Below, piece after piece: positions 19,993 to 29,894 of a stretch of DNA of 64,000 bases. The position numbers were made by a program, and so were the translations under genes. Origin of the DNA: a bacterium (GTDB lineage Bacteria; Synergistota; GBS-1); NCBI GenBank assembly GCA_030153785.1, contig JASKLF010000008.1, forward strand, positions 1-64,000. Reading direction: 5' to 3'. The notes under the pieces are model-generated. The model was given only the letters and a program-made list of their open reading frames with translations, made no database searches and had not been told where the DNA came from. Positions within the stretch are counted from its first letter, which is position 1. Each line of letters starts with the position of its first letter.

Positions 19993-20295
19993 ATGGTGTC
20001 GGAAGAGAAAATGCCAAGAAACTATATGGAAAAGGTGGTAAAAGAAACGTTGATGAGATTGCTAAAAGAGAGGGAAGATATCTGCAAATGTGAGAAATGC
20101 ATTATGGATATGATGGCATATGCTTTAAACAGGCTTCCTCCTAAGTATATGGTTACCGATAGAGGATACATTTTCCTAAAACTTAAAGAGATAGAGGTGC
20201 AATTTCAGGTTGACGTTTTGGAAGCGGTGTTGGAAGCTATAAGTGTGGTTTCTAAGAGACCAGAACACTGCGAGTCGAGTAAAAATGCTGGGTAG
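19993..20295 (+). CDS. comFB: ComFB family protein
   Basis: NYMEKVV, CKCEKC..D, ALNRLPPKY, V.KRPEH. Confidence 0.88.
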   Translation: MVSEEKMPRNYMEKVVKETLMRLLKEREDICKCEKCIMDMMAYALNRLPPKYMVTDRGYIFLKLKEIEVQFQVDVLEAVLEAISVVSKRPEHCESSKNAG

Positions 20296-21277
20296 TAGAA
20301 TGTGGATTGGTGTCGATGTAGGCACTGCAGGAATAAAGTTTGCTAAAGTTAGAGGAAAGACTATTGAAAAGTGGGGTTTTGAACCTCTTCCTTTAGGATC
20401 TGTAGCTGCGGGTTTAATTAAGGATCGTGGTTCTGTCTTGGGAGCTTTAAAGAAGTTAGCTGATAAGCACGATTTCAAAAGGGGGAAGGTAGTAACTTGT
20501 ATAGGGGGAAGGGATGTTATAATAAGGTTAATAACTTTACCTGTTGTTGAAAAGAGAGAGTTTAAGCGTTTTTTGGTTTGGGAGATAGAGAGAAATCTTC
20601 CATACAGCATAGATGAAGCCGTTTACGATTATCATGTTATAAATAGCTTTCGTGATGAAGAAGAAGAAAAGATGGAAATATTGGTAGTTGCATTAAGGCG
20701 TTCCTTGTCGGAAGAAGTGTATGATTTATTCAAAGAAGCAGGTATAGAGCTGGAAGCTATTGAAGCTTCTCCTATACCTTTGCTGAGACTTGGTGAGATT
20801 TCAGAAGAGGAGAGTTTTATGCTTGTCGATATTGGCGCTGGTACCACAGATATATGTGTGGTTCATTCTGATTATCTTACTCTTTTTAGATCTTTACCAA
20901 CGGGGGGGAATGCCATTAGCTCTGCAATTTCCGCATCACTCGGCCTTAGTTATGATCAGGCTGAGGAGGTTAAGAAAGCTAAAACGGTTGTAGAACTTAG
21001 GCCGTATATCGAGGATATATTGAATAATATTATTAATGAAATTGGGCGTTGTTTTGATTATGTGATAGGACAATATAAAGAAAATGTTGTGCGTCATGTT
21101 TTTCTCACAGGTGGGGTGTCCTATTTAAAGGGATTAGATGTATTCTTAGAAGAAGTTTTAAACATGCCGGTTAAAAAGATCGATCCCGTCAAAGGATTGG
21201 CTGTTAATCGTAGCATTGATGAAGAAATCAAAAGTAGATACGGAATTGCCATTGGATTAGCTTTAAGGGGATCGTGA
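20285..21277 (+). CDS. pilM: Type IV pilus assembly protein PilM
   Basis: Actin-like IGVDVG, VDIGAGTT, LTGG, AIGLALRG. Confidence 0.9.
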   Translation: MLGSRMWIGVDVGTAGIKFAKVRGKTIEKWGFEPLPLGSVAAGLIKDRGSVLGALKKLADKHDFKRGKVVTCIGGRDVIIRLITLPVVEKREFKRFLVWEIERNLPYSIDEAVYDYHVINSFRDEEEEKMEILVVALRRSLSEEVYDLFKEAGIELEAIEASPIPLLRLGEISEEESFMLVDIGAGTTDICVVHSDYLTLFRSLPTGGNAISSAISASLGLSYDQAEEVKKAKTVVELRPYIEDILNNIINEIGRCFDYVIGQYKENVVRHVFLTGGVSYLKGLDVFLEEVLNMPVKKIDPVKGLAVNRSIDEEIKSRYGIAIGLALRGS

Positions 21278-21828
21278 GAATGAGAGTATTGGGAAAATTT
21301 AAACCTAACCTTTTGCCTCCTCAGGTTAAAAGGATTAGGCGTCAGAGATTCCTTTTTTCTATGATAAGGATTGCATTGACCGTTTCGTGGATAATGGTTC
21401 TAATATATTCATTTTGGCTTTACTATCAGTATACCTATTTGAAGGACTTAGTTTTAAATAAAGAACAGACCTTTAACAAATTAACCGAGCAGCTTCAAAA
21501 GGAAAACCCCTTGAAAGTCTATAAGGAGGCTGAGGCCTTTTTTAAAGAGCTCAAGGCATTCACTGCTGGGCTTTTCCCTCTTTATGAATTCCTATTGCCC
21601 CTTTCTGCAAACTTTCCTCAAGGTCTTAGGTTAGAGAAAATAGAGGCTATTGGAGAAAGAGAGGTAAAAATATATGGCTTTGCCTCTTCTCCAACAGCTT
21701 TGGCGGAGTTTGTTAATGTTGTTAGAGGGATAAGTGTCGTTCGGAGCGTATCTTTACCTGGATTGGAAAGCGAAGTAAATGGGGAGATCCCTTTTAACTT
21801 TATTTGCAAGCTAAAAGAGTGGTGGTAG
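21274..21828 (+). CDS. pilN: PilN-like protein
   Basis: N-terminal NLLP motif, TM helix, coiled coil; follows pilM. Confidence 0.8.
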   Translation: MRMRVLGKFKPNLLPPQVKRIRRQRFLFSMIRIALTVSWIMVLIYSFWLYYQYTYLKDLVLNKEQTFNKLTEQLQKENPLKVYKEAEAFFKELKAFTAGLFPLYEFLLPLSANFPQGLRLEKIEAIGEREVKIYGFASSPTALAEFVNVVRGISVVRSVSLPGLESEVNGEIPFNFICKLKEWW

Positions 21829-21830
21829 TA

Positions 21831-22373
21831 ATGGCTAATCTTGCTGTAGAGAGATTAAAAGCTTTTTTTAGAAAAGGAGGTTTTTCGTTTTTTTGGGTTA
21901 TTGGAGTTGTGGGGCTTATCATATTTTACCTGGTGGTTACGTTGAGAATCGACGGGTATCTGACTGAGCTCAGGGTAAAGGACCAAAAGTTATCGAGGGA
22001 GATAAGAATGCTTGAAAGGCAGATCATAAGATCAAAAACGATGAAAGAGAAACTTTTGCATCTTCAGAACATTATAGAAAACTATAAAGCCCTCTTGCCC
22101 AGCTCGGAAAATCTAAATGAAATAGCCATACTTCTCGGAAGTTCCGCTAAAAATTGTGGATTGGAGCTTGAGAAGCTAACTTTTAGAAAAGCGAAGGACA
22201 AGACTTCCATATTTAACCTTCGGCTTAAAGGGTCCTTTTTCTCCTTTATAGATTTTCTCGATAAAGTTTGGTCTTCTCCTTTTCTCATCGGAGTTAAAGA
22301 CTTTAGTCTTAGTGCAGCTCAAGAAGGCACTTTTCTGGTTGCTAATTTAAATTTCATAGTGTTAGAAAGGTAA
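21831..22373 (+). CDS. pilO: PilO-like protein
   Basis: TM helix, coiled coil, LLP, GSFFSFIDFL; synteny. Confidence 0.75.
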   Translation: MANLAVERLKAFFRKGGFSFFWVIGVVGLIIFYLVVTLRIDGYLTELRVKDQKLSREIRMLERQIIRSKTMKEKLLHLQNIIENYKALLPSSENLNEIAILLGSSAKNCGLELEKLTFRKAKDKTSIFNLRLKGSFFSFIDFLDKVWSSPFLIGVKDFSLSAAQEGTFLVANLNFIVLER

Positions 22374-22379
22374 AAGGTT

Positions 22380-22910
22380 ATGAGAAGGGTTTTATTGTTG
22401 GTGTTGGCAGCTTTTTTGCTTTTGGGAATATCATACTTGTACTATTCTGGAGGCCTAACAGTTATTTTCCCCTTCGCTTCTTACGATGTTAGTCCTGTTT
22501 TCAACGCAGAAAGTGTCCCAGTTGTATATGAGGATAAAATCGATGCTTTAATTAAGGTTCTTGAAGATTTTCCTAAAAGTGAGGGGCGCTTGAAGAAAAT
22601 GAAGGTAAATCTCTCAGAGCTTAAAGACCCTTTCTTGTTGGAGCCTGAAAATTTAGAGGGCAAGATAGAGGTTAAGGTGAATCCTGAAGGAAATTTGGTA
22701 GTTGAGCTTCCTCCCCCGATGAAGCTTGAGGGAATCATAGAGGTTGGTTCGAAAAGATTAGCCGTTTTACAAATAGGAGATGAAAAGGGAATTATACTTG
22801 CGCAGGGTGAAAAGAGGGGGGATATTAAGGTGGTTAAAGTTGAGAGAGGTAGAGTAGTTGTGGTTTGGAGGACCCAAGTTAGGTTTTTAGAGCTTGAGGA
22901 ATCGAGGTGA
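22380..22910 (+). CDS. PilP-like protein
   Basis: N-terminal hydrophobic helix, KDPF motif, LEGII..AV beta domain; directly before the secretin. Confidence 0.6.
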   Translation: MRRVLLLVLAAFLLLGISYLYYSGGLTVIFPFASYDVSPVFNAESVPVVYEDKIDALIKVLEDFPKSEGRLKKMKVNLSELKDPFLLEPENLEGKIEVKVNPEGNLVVELPPPMKLEGIIEVGSKRLAVLQIGDEKGIILAQGEKRGDIKVVKVERGRVVVVWRTQVRFLELEESR

Positions 22911-22919
22911 TATTAAGTA

Positions 22920-24869
22920 ATGTGGAAGAGTAAGATGGTAAACGGCTTTATTCTTTCCATTGTATTGTTGCTCCTTTGCGTAGGAGAAGGTTTTTCCCTA
23001 ATAAAGAGAATAACGAAGGTTGAGGTTTATCAACTACCTGAGGTAGTGACCTTAATGATTTATCTTAATTATCCTGCCACCCCTCAGATAACATGGCTTC
23101 CCGGTGATCGCGAAAGAATGGTAATTTCTTTTGAAAACTTTGATTACAGAGCTACTCTTCGTAAGCTCCCAATTAGAAGAAATGATATTTGGGAAGTAAG
23201 GGGAGGTCAGTACACTAAAAAGGAAGCAAGGGTAGTTGTAGAGTTTGCTTCACAAAGGCTACCATACCATTTTAGTAGGAAAAAGGGAGGTAAGTTACTT
23301 GTTTATCAGTTTAATACTTCGAGAGAAAGGGTTTCTCCTGTTAAAGAAAACGTTAATTATATAGAGTCTGTGAGAGCCGAAGTGGTAGGGAATGGCTTGA
23401 GGGTTCTTATAAAAGGGAGGGCTCCTTTGAACCCCAAAATAGGCTGGTCGAGAGGAAGCGATGGGAAGGACCAAATGTTTTTGGATTTCAATGGATTTGA
23501 GCTACAACAAGGGGGTTTAAAGCAGAGCCTTAACCTTTTTGGAATTTCGGAGCTTAGTGTGACTCAAATAATGCCTGATATGGTTAGAATGGTTATTACG
23601 ATGGAGCATGATAAGCTTGATTATAAACTTGAAAGCTCCCTTGCTGGAAAGGAAATGGCTTTATACCTATTCCCCAGGTCTCTTGAAAAGGGATCTTTTT
23701 CAAGAAAAAGAGAAGAGAGACCTTCTCCTAATGAGAGGTGGGCTTCTAAGAAGGTTACCCTTGAGTTTAGAAATGCTGATGTAAGAGATGTCCTTAGGGC
23801 TCTTGCCAAAGCTGTTGAAGTTAATATTATTATTGATCAAGAGGTGTCAGGTAATATTACTGTTGCCTTCACCGATGTTCCTTTTGCTCAGGCTTTTGAG
23901 TGGGTTTTGAAACTTTCTGGTTTAAGTTATAGAAACTTGGGATATACGCTAGTAGTAGGTAAGGAAGAGAGACTTAAAGAGCTTTTCGATAGGAAGGATA
24001 CAAAAGTTTTCTTATTATCAAACGCTATGGCGTCTGATATTGTAAAGCTGGTCTCATCTATGACAGGGGTGGAAAATATAGCTGTTGATCCGAGAATGAA
24101 CGCTCTTATAGTTAAGGGTTCCCCTGCGGATATTGAGAAAGTAAAGGATGTTATAGATCTTTTGGACAAAGAGGTTCCTCAGGTCATGGTTGAAGCTCGA
24201 CTTGTTGGTGTTTCCCTTGAAAGCGGTAAAAGCCTTGGATTTGTTTTGTCTAATGTTTCTAAGGGTAAGTTTTACAACATAAGTGTGGATCCTACTTCTC
24301 AAATAACTATAAGCTACAGTAGCGATGAAAAAGCGGCGGCAGCATTCGATGCAACTATAAATGCTTGGATTTCTTCTGGAAAGGCAAAGGTTCTTGCTAG
24401 TCCGAGTGTAGCCACTTTGAGTGGATTAAAGGCAGTGATTAACCTGACGCGTGATTATAAATATTATAGCAGAGTTGAAGAGATTCAAGATAGCGAGAGA
24501 ACTATAACTCAGAAATGGGAAACAATTACATATGGTCCCCAGCTTATCATTACTCCTTATGTTGGAGAGGATAATAAGGTAACCCTCGATATAGATATTG
24601 ATGTGAGTATAGTTACAAGATGGATAGAATATGCTGGTCAAAGGATACCAGAGATAGGTCACAGAAAAGTTACAACTAAGTTAAGAGTAAAGGATGGTCA
24701 GCCTATAATAATCGGGGGGTTAATTACGGAAGAAGATATTAAGAACTTGTTTAAGGTTCCTCTATTGGGAGACATACCTTTTATAGGCCACCTTTTCAGA
24801 AGTGAAACCTCCTCTCGTATGAGAGAAGAGGTAGTTTTAATTGTTACCCCGAGGATTCTAAAGAATTAG
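22920..24869 (+). CDS. pilQ: Type IV pilus secretin PilQ
   Basis: Signal peptide, probable AMIN-like N-domains, VTLEFRNADVRDVL, PQVMVEAR, KVPLLGDIPFIGHLF, VTPRIL. Confidence 0.9.
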   Translation: MWKSKMVNGFILSIVLLLLCVGEGFSLIKRITKVEVYQLPEVVTLMIYLNYPATPQITWLPGDRERMVISFENFDYRATLRKLPIRRNDIWEVRGGQYTKKEARVVVEFASQRLPYHFSRKKGGKLLVYQFNTSRERVSPVKENVNYIESVRAEVVGNGLRVLIKGRAPLNPKIGWSRGSDGKDQMFLDFNGFELQQGGLKQSLNLFGISELSVTQIMPDMVRMVITMEHDKLDYKLESSLAGKEMALYLFPRSLEKGSFSRKREERPSPNERWASKKVTLEFRNADVRDVLRALAKAVEVNIIIDQEVSGNITVAFTDVPFAQAFEWVLKLSGLSYRNLGYTLVVGKEERLKELFDRKDTKVFLLSNAMASDIVKLVSSMTGVENIAVDPRMNALIVKGSPADIEKVKDVIDLLDKEVPQVMVEARLVGVSLESGKSLGFVLSNVSKGKFYNISVDPTSQITISYSSDEKAAAAFDATINAWISSGKAKVLASPSVATLSGLKAVINLTRDYKYYSRVEEIQDSERTITQKWETITYGPQLIITPYVGEDNKVTLDIDIDVSIVTRWIEYAGQRIPEIGHRKVTTKLRVKDGQPIIIGGLITEEDIKNLFKVPLLGDIPFIGHLFRSETSSRMREEVVLIVTPRILKN

Positions 24870-24880
24870 GTGATTTTAAG

Positions 24881-26545
24881 ATGACAAAGAGAAAAAAATT
24901 GGGAGAGCTTCTGGTAGAGGCTGGTGCTATAACTCAGGCACAGCTTGCGAGGGCTCTAGAGGAACAAAAGAGAACAGGTGAAAGGCTTGGGGCTATACTT
25001 GCAAAGCAAGGTGTTATAAGTGATAAAGATATCGCAAGCGTTATAGCAAAGCAATTAGGTATTCCGTTTATTTCTCTAAGGAAGGAAAAAGTAAATCCTA
25101 AGGTTTTAAGTATGGTTCCCGAGAGCTTTGCGAGAAGAAATCTTTTAATTCCGATCGATATAAAGGATGGCAAACTTCTTGTTGCTATGGCCGATCCTTT
25201 AAATGTTCTCGTTAGGGATGAGTTAGCTTTACTGACGGGATATGACGTGGATGTTTGTGTCGCTCCAAGTAGCGAGATTAAACAGCTTATAGAAGAGCTT
25301 TACGGGGTGAGAGGTAAGGTGGAAGCCTTAGTTCGTGAAAGGGAGGAAGCGAGAGAGGAGCCTGCTTTGCCTGATACGGAGATAAATGATGAAGAACTTG
25401 CCCCCGTTATTCAGGTGGTTAATAGCATTATATCTCAGGCTATACGCAGGAGAGCGAGCGATATCCACATAGAGCCTCAAAGTGAAGGGGTTCTCGTTAG
25501 ATTCAGGATTGATGGAGTCTTAAGGCACGTCATGGAGTTGCCTAAAAGTGTACACGCTCTGGTAACTACAAGGATAAAAGTTATGGCAGGTATGAATATA
25601 GCCGAAAGAAGACTTCCTCAAGATGGGAGAATTTTTATATCAAGTGATGGTAGCAATATAGATTTAAGGGTTTCCACTCTTCCCACAATCTTCGGCGAGA
25701 AGATAGTAATGAGAATTCTTAATAGAGAAGATATACTAATTGGTTTGGACAAGCTGGGGCTTTGGGATGACATGTTGGATGAAATTCGTAGGCTGATATC
25801 TAAACCTTATGGAATGATCCTTGTAACCGGTCCCACGGGAAGCGGTAAAACTACCACGCTTTATTCAATATTAAAGGAATTGAACACAGTTGAAAAAAAC
25901 ATAGTTACTATTGAGGATCCCGTAGAATACCAACTTGAGGGAGTGAACCAGGTTCAGGTGAATGAGAGGATAGGGTTAACTTTTTCTAACGTTCTTAGAA
26001 ATATCTTGAGGCAAGACCCCGATATTATAATGGTTGGAGAAATCAGGGATGTAGAAACTGCTGAGATAGCGGTAAGATCGGCTTTGACGGGCCACTTGGT
26101 TCTTTCTACCTTGCATACGAATGATGCTCCAAGTGCTATCACACGACTCATAGATATGGGAGTTGAGCCTTATTTGGTTGCCTCTTCTCTTATAGGTGTT
26201 ATAGCTCAACGTTTGGTTAGAAGGATCTGCCCTCACTGTAAAGAAAGTCGGACCGTCGAAAATGGGGATATTTGGGTAGCTGAGGGATTGCCTCCTGGCA
26301 GTGTATACTATGTTGGTAAAGGATGTGAAGAGTGTGGGGATACAGGCTATATGGGGAGGACGGGAGTATTTGAGCTGATGTTGATAAGCGAAGAAATTCA
26401 GCGCTTGACAGTAGAAAGGGCTTCCGCTTCTAAAATAAGAGAACAGGCTATAAGGGAAGGCATGGTTACACTTAAGGATGATGGGGTAAGGAAAATTAGG
26501 GCTGGGGTTACAACACCAAGTGAGGTAATGAGGGTGGTGTTTTAA
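24881..26545 (+). CDS. pilB: Type IV pilus extension ATPase PilB
   Basis: MshEN-like N-terminus, ASDIHIEP, GPTGSGKTT, LRQDPD, tetracysteine CPHC/CEEC. Confidence 0.95.
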   Translation: MTKRKKLGELLVEAGAITQAQLARALEEQKRTGERLGAILAKQGVISDKDIASVIAKQLGIPFISLRKEKVNPKVLSMVPESFARRNLLIPIDIKDGKLLVAMADPLNVLVRDELALLTGYDVDVCVAPSSEIKQLIEELYGVRGKVEALVREREEAREEPALPDTEINDEELAPVIQVVNSIISQAIRRRASDIHIEPQSEGVLVRFRIDGVLRHVMELPKSVHALVTTRIKVMAGMNIAERRLPQDGRIFISSDGSNIDLRVSTLPTIFGEKIVMRILNREDILIGLDKLGLWDDMLDEIRRLISKPYGMILVTGPTGSGKTTTLYSILKELNTVEKNIVTIEDPVEYQLEGVNQVQVNERIGLTFSNVLRNILRQDPDIIMVGEIRDVETAEIAVRSALTGHLVLSTLHTNDAPSAITRLIDMGVEPYLVASSLIGVIAQRLVRRICPHCKESRTVENGDIWVAEGLPPGSVYYVGKGCEECGDTGYMGRTGVFELMLISEEIQRLTVERASASKIREQAIREGMVTLKDDGVRKIRAGVTTPSEVMRVVF

Positions 26546-27603
26546 TGGGAGAACTTTTAGAACTTATGTCAAAAATGGTGGAACTTGATGCCTCAGACTT
26601 ACACTTAGCAGTGGGGTTGGAGCCAGTTTATAGAGTTCATGGCCGGCTTCAAACCTGTGAAGGCTGGGAAAAACTTACCCCTTCTAAAATTGGAAAGCTT
26701 ATCGATGAAATATTAGATCCATTTAGAAAAAAAATCTTTGAGGAAAATAAGGAGCTTGATTTTGCTTATGAGATAAAAGATAAAGCACGATATCGTGTGA
26801 ATCTGTTTTTCCATAGGGGCGTTCCAGGTGCTTCTATAAGATTGATTCCTAATAGAATAAGGAGCATAGAGGAACTCGGGTTACCTACGATACTTAAGGA
26901 TTTAGCTACGAAACTTAGAGGTTTAATATTGGTAACAGGTCCTACAGGCAGTGGTAAGAACACCACCTTGGCCGCTATGATAGATTATATAAACGAAAAT
27001 TTTTCTAGGAAAATTATAACAATAGAGGACCCCATCGAATATGTTCATAACCACAAAAAGAGCCTCATAGTCCAAAGGGAGGTTGGTATAGACACCAATA
27101 GTTTTGCTTCTGCTCTTAGGCATGCTTTGCGACAGGACCCTGATGTTATATTAATTGGTGAGATGAGAGACCTTGAAACCATTTCGACAGCCATAACGGC
27201 TGCTGAAACAGGCCACCTTGTGATGGCAACTCTTCATACACCTGATGCGCCACAGACCATAGATAGGATAATAGACGTTTTTCCTACTCACCAGCAAAAT
27301 CAAGTTAGAGTTCAGCTGGCCAATGTTATTCAGGGTATAATTTCTCAGCAGTTATTACCTAAAAAGGGTGGCGGTAGAGTGGTAGCCGTTGAAGTGATGA
27401 TAGCGACACCGGCGGTTAGAAACTTGATTAGAGAGGGTAAGATAGCACAGATATATTCCCTTATTCAAACGGGTTCCAAGTTTGGGATGCAAACGATGGA
27501 CCAGGCTATAGCTAAGTTATATAAAAACGGTCTTGTGGAGAAAAACGTTGCTATGGAGTTTGCTCATAATCCTGAAATCCTTGAGAAGCTAATCGGATTT
27601 TGA
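26545..27603 (+). CDS. pilT: Type IV pilus retraction ATPase PilT (atypical Walker A)
   Basis: ASDLHL, GPTGSGKNTT, TIEDPIE, AAETGHLV..TLH, AVRNLIRE, GMQTM. Confidence 0.93.
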   Translation: MGELLELMSKMVELDASDLHLAVGLEPVYRVHGRLQTCEGWEKLTPSKIGKLIDEILDPFRKKIFEENKELDFAYEIKDKARYRVNLFFHRGVPGASIRLIPNRIRSIEELGLPTILKDLATKLRGLILVTGPTGSGKNTTLAAMIDYINENFSRKIITIEDPIEYVHNHKKSLIVQREVGIDTNSFASALRHALRQDPDVILIGEMRDLETISTAITAAETGHLVMATLHTPDAPQTIDRIIDVFPTHQQNQVRVQLANVIQGIISQQLLPKKGGGRVVAVEVMIATPAVRNLIREGKIAQIYSLIQTGSKFGMQTMDQAIAKLYKNGLVEKNVAMEFAHNPEILEKLIGF

Positions 27604-27615
27604 GGGTGATTTTAA

Positions 27616-28836
27616 GTGCCTTTCTACTTATATAGGGCTAAGACATCAAGTGGGGAGATAGTAGAAGGTAGAAGAGAAGGAGAAAACGAGAAATTTGTTT
27701 ATTACAGGTTGCGAGAGGAAGGCCTTTTCCCTCTGTATATAAAAGAGGAGAAAAAACTTTTTTCAAGGGATGCTGGGGAAAGAGGAATTATTCTAAGAAG
27801 AGTTTCTATCCGAGATCTTGCTATACTAAGCAGGCAACTTGCGACTATGCTTAAAGCTGGTATGACCATAATTACAGCTTTAGATGTTTTATCTCAGCAG
27901 ACTCCTAACCGCAGATTAAGAATGTCACTACGTTTTATAAAGAGAGATGTAGAGGAAGGGGTTTCTCTTGCTGAAGCGATGTCTAAGCATAGAGCTTTGT
28001 TTAGTGACCTTTATGTGAGCTTGGTTAGAGCTGGGGAAGCTGGTGGTGTGTTAGACGACGTTTTGGAAAGATTGGCTTTTCACTTGGAAAGGGAAAATGC
28101 GCTAGTTCAAAGGGTTAAAAGCGCAATGCGATACCCTCTTTTCGTTCTTTCCTTGGCTATAGTGGTTATCTCTCTACTTGTGGGCTTCATAGTTCCTAGG
28201 TTTATCACTATTCTTGAGGGTATAGGCGTACCCCTCCCAACTCCTACCAGACTATTGGTATCTTTTACTTATTGGCTAGAAGCGAATTATTTTAAATTGC
28301 TTCTTATCCCCATTATTTTCTTGGTCTTAATAAGGTTTCTCAAGAATCATGATAAGGCGTCTTATTTTTTAGACAAAGTCAAGCTTAAATTACCTGTAAT
28401 TGGAAGATTGACTTTTAAAGTTACTATGGTAAGATTTTCAAGGACTTTGGCTACTCTAAATGCTGCAGCGGTTCCTATCCTTGATTCCCTTGATATGGTT
28501 TCGAAGGCTGTTGGCAATAGAGTGATAGGTAAGGCCATATATCTGGCAAAGGAAGCGGTCCAAGAAGGACAAAGTTTAGCGGATGCTATATCGATTAGTA
28601 ATGTCTTCCCTCCCATGGTCACTCATATGATTGCAGTAGGGGAAGAAACCGGAAACTTAGATGAAATGCTTCATAAAGTTGCCGATTTCTATGATGAGGA
28701 AGTAGACAATGATATAAGAAGTTTGTCTTCATTGATTGAGCCTATACTCGTTGTTTCATTGGGGGCGATTGTAGGTTTCATTGCTATTTCTGTTTTTATG
28801 CCACTATTTCAGCTTATTGGGGGACTTTCGAAATGA
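27616..28836 (+). CDS. pilC: Type IV pilus platform protein PilC
   Basis: RQLATMLKAG, AGEAGG, GEETGNLDEML, IEP; two GspF domains. Confidence 0.93.
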   Translation: MPFYLYRAKTSSGEIVEGRREGENEKFVYYRLREEGLFPLYIKEEKKLFSRDAGERGIILRRVSIRDLAILSRQLATMLKAGMTIITALDVLSQQTPNRRLRMSLRFIKRDVEEGVSLAEAMSKHRALFSDLYVSLVRAGEAGGVLDDVLERLAFHLERENALVQRVKSAMRYPLFVLSLAIVVISLLVGFIVPRFITILEGIGVPLPTPTRLLVSFTYWLEANYFKLLLIPIIFLVLIRFLKNHDKASYFLDKVKLKLPVIGRLTFKVTMVRFSRTLATLNAAAVPILDSLDMVSKAVGNRVIGKAIYLAKEAVQEGQSLADAISISNVFPPMVTHMIAVGEETGNLDEMLHKVADFYDEEVDNDIRSLSSLIEPILVVSLGAIVGFIAISVFMPLFQLIGGLSK

Positions 28837-29894
28837 AGAAATGGCAAAAGGCTTTTGAGATAGCTACTTTGAAAGGGTGCGACGCCTATATTATTTCTAA
28901 CCCAATTAATATAAGATACTTGAGTGGTTATCGCGGAGAGGCTTCTATAATTGTCTTGACCGAAAACTCCTTCGAGCTTTTCACCGATTTTAGATGTCTG
29001 GAAGATGCTGAAAGAGAGTCTGTAAAAGATTGCCATGTTTACGAGGTTCCCGGTAATGTTAGTCTTATAGATTTCATTCTGAGCAGACTTAAGGGGAAGG
29101 GAATTAAGAAGGTAGCTTTTGAGTCAAGGCATGTAACTTATGAGTTTTTCGAAAAGCTCAAAACTGTCGTTGACCCTTTCCCTATATCTAATGGGGTGGA
29201 AAGTTTGAGAAAAGTCAAAACTGAGGATGAGATAGAGAAGATACGGAAAGCGGGCTTACTCGTTGTGGAGGGATACGAATGGCTTGCGGAAAACTTGAAG
29301 GCTGGTGTATCTGAAAGGCATGTGGAAATTCAATTAGAAGCCTTTCTTAAAACTCTTGGGGCTGAAGAAAGGGCTTTTCCTTTTATAATAGCTGCGGGTG
29401 AGAATGGAGCTAAACCTCATGCTCGGCCTTCTTTAAGGGTTATAAGGGAGGGTGATTGTGTAGTTTGCGACTATGGCGTAATGTACGATGGTTATAATGT
29501 AGATGTAACTCGAACCTTTTTGTTGGGCAGAGTTTCATCAAAGGTTATGAACGTGTATGAGAGGGTGAGAGATGTCCAAGAGCAAGTTTTAATTGCAATT
29601 AAGCCTGGTGTGGAAGTTAGAAAATTGCACGAGCTTTCTTTAAAGCTTCTTGGAAAGTGGGGAGAATTTTTCAAACATTCATTAGGTCATGGTGTGGGAT
29701 TAGAGGTCCATGAAGCTCCAAGGCTTTCTATTAGTAGCGATGAGGTTTTAGAGGAGGGGATGGTGATCACTGTAGAGCCTGGGGTATATCTTAGGGGGGA
29801 GTTTGGTGTTCGTATAGAGGACACCGTTGTAGTCAGAAAAGATGGGGTAGAGATTTTAACGCCAATTCCAAAGGAGGGAGTTCTATGTCTTTAA
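28833..29894 (+). CDS. Xaa-Pro peptidase (M24)
   Basis: DVTRT, HSLGHGVGLEVHE, TVEPG, GVRIED. Confidence 0.9.
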   Translation: MKKWQKAFEIATLKGCDAYIISNPINIRYLSGYRGEASIIVLTENSFELFTDFRCLEDAERESVKDCHVYEVPGNVSLIDFILSRLKGKGIKKVAFESRHVTYEFFEKLKTVVDPFPISNGVESLRKVKTEDEIEKIRKAGLLVVEGYEWLAENLKAGVSERHVEIQLEAFLKTLGAEERAFPFIIAAGENGAKPHARPSLRVIREGDCVVCDYGVMYDGYNVDVTRTFLLGRVSSKVMNVYERVRDVQEQVLIAIKPGVEVRKLHELSLKLLGKWGEFFKHSLGHGVGLEVHEAPRLSISSDEVLEEGMVITVEPGVYLRGEFGVRIEDTVVVRKDGVEILTPIPKEGVLCL

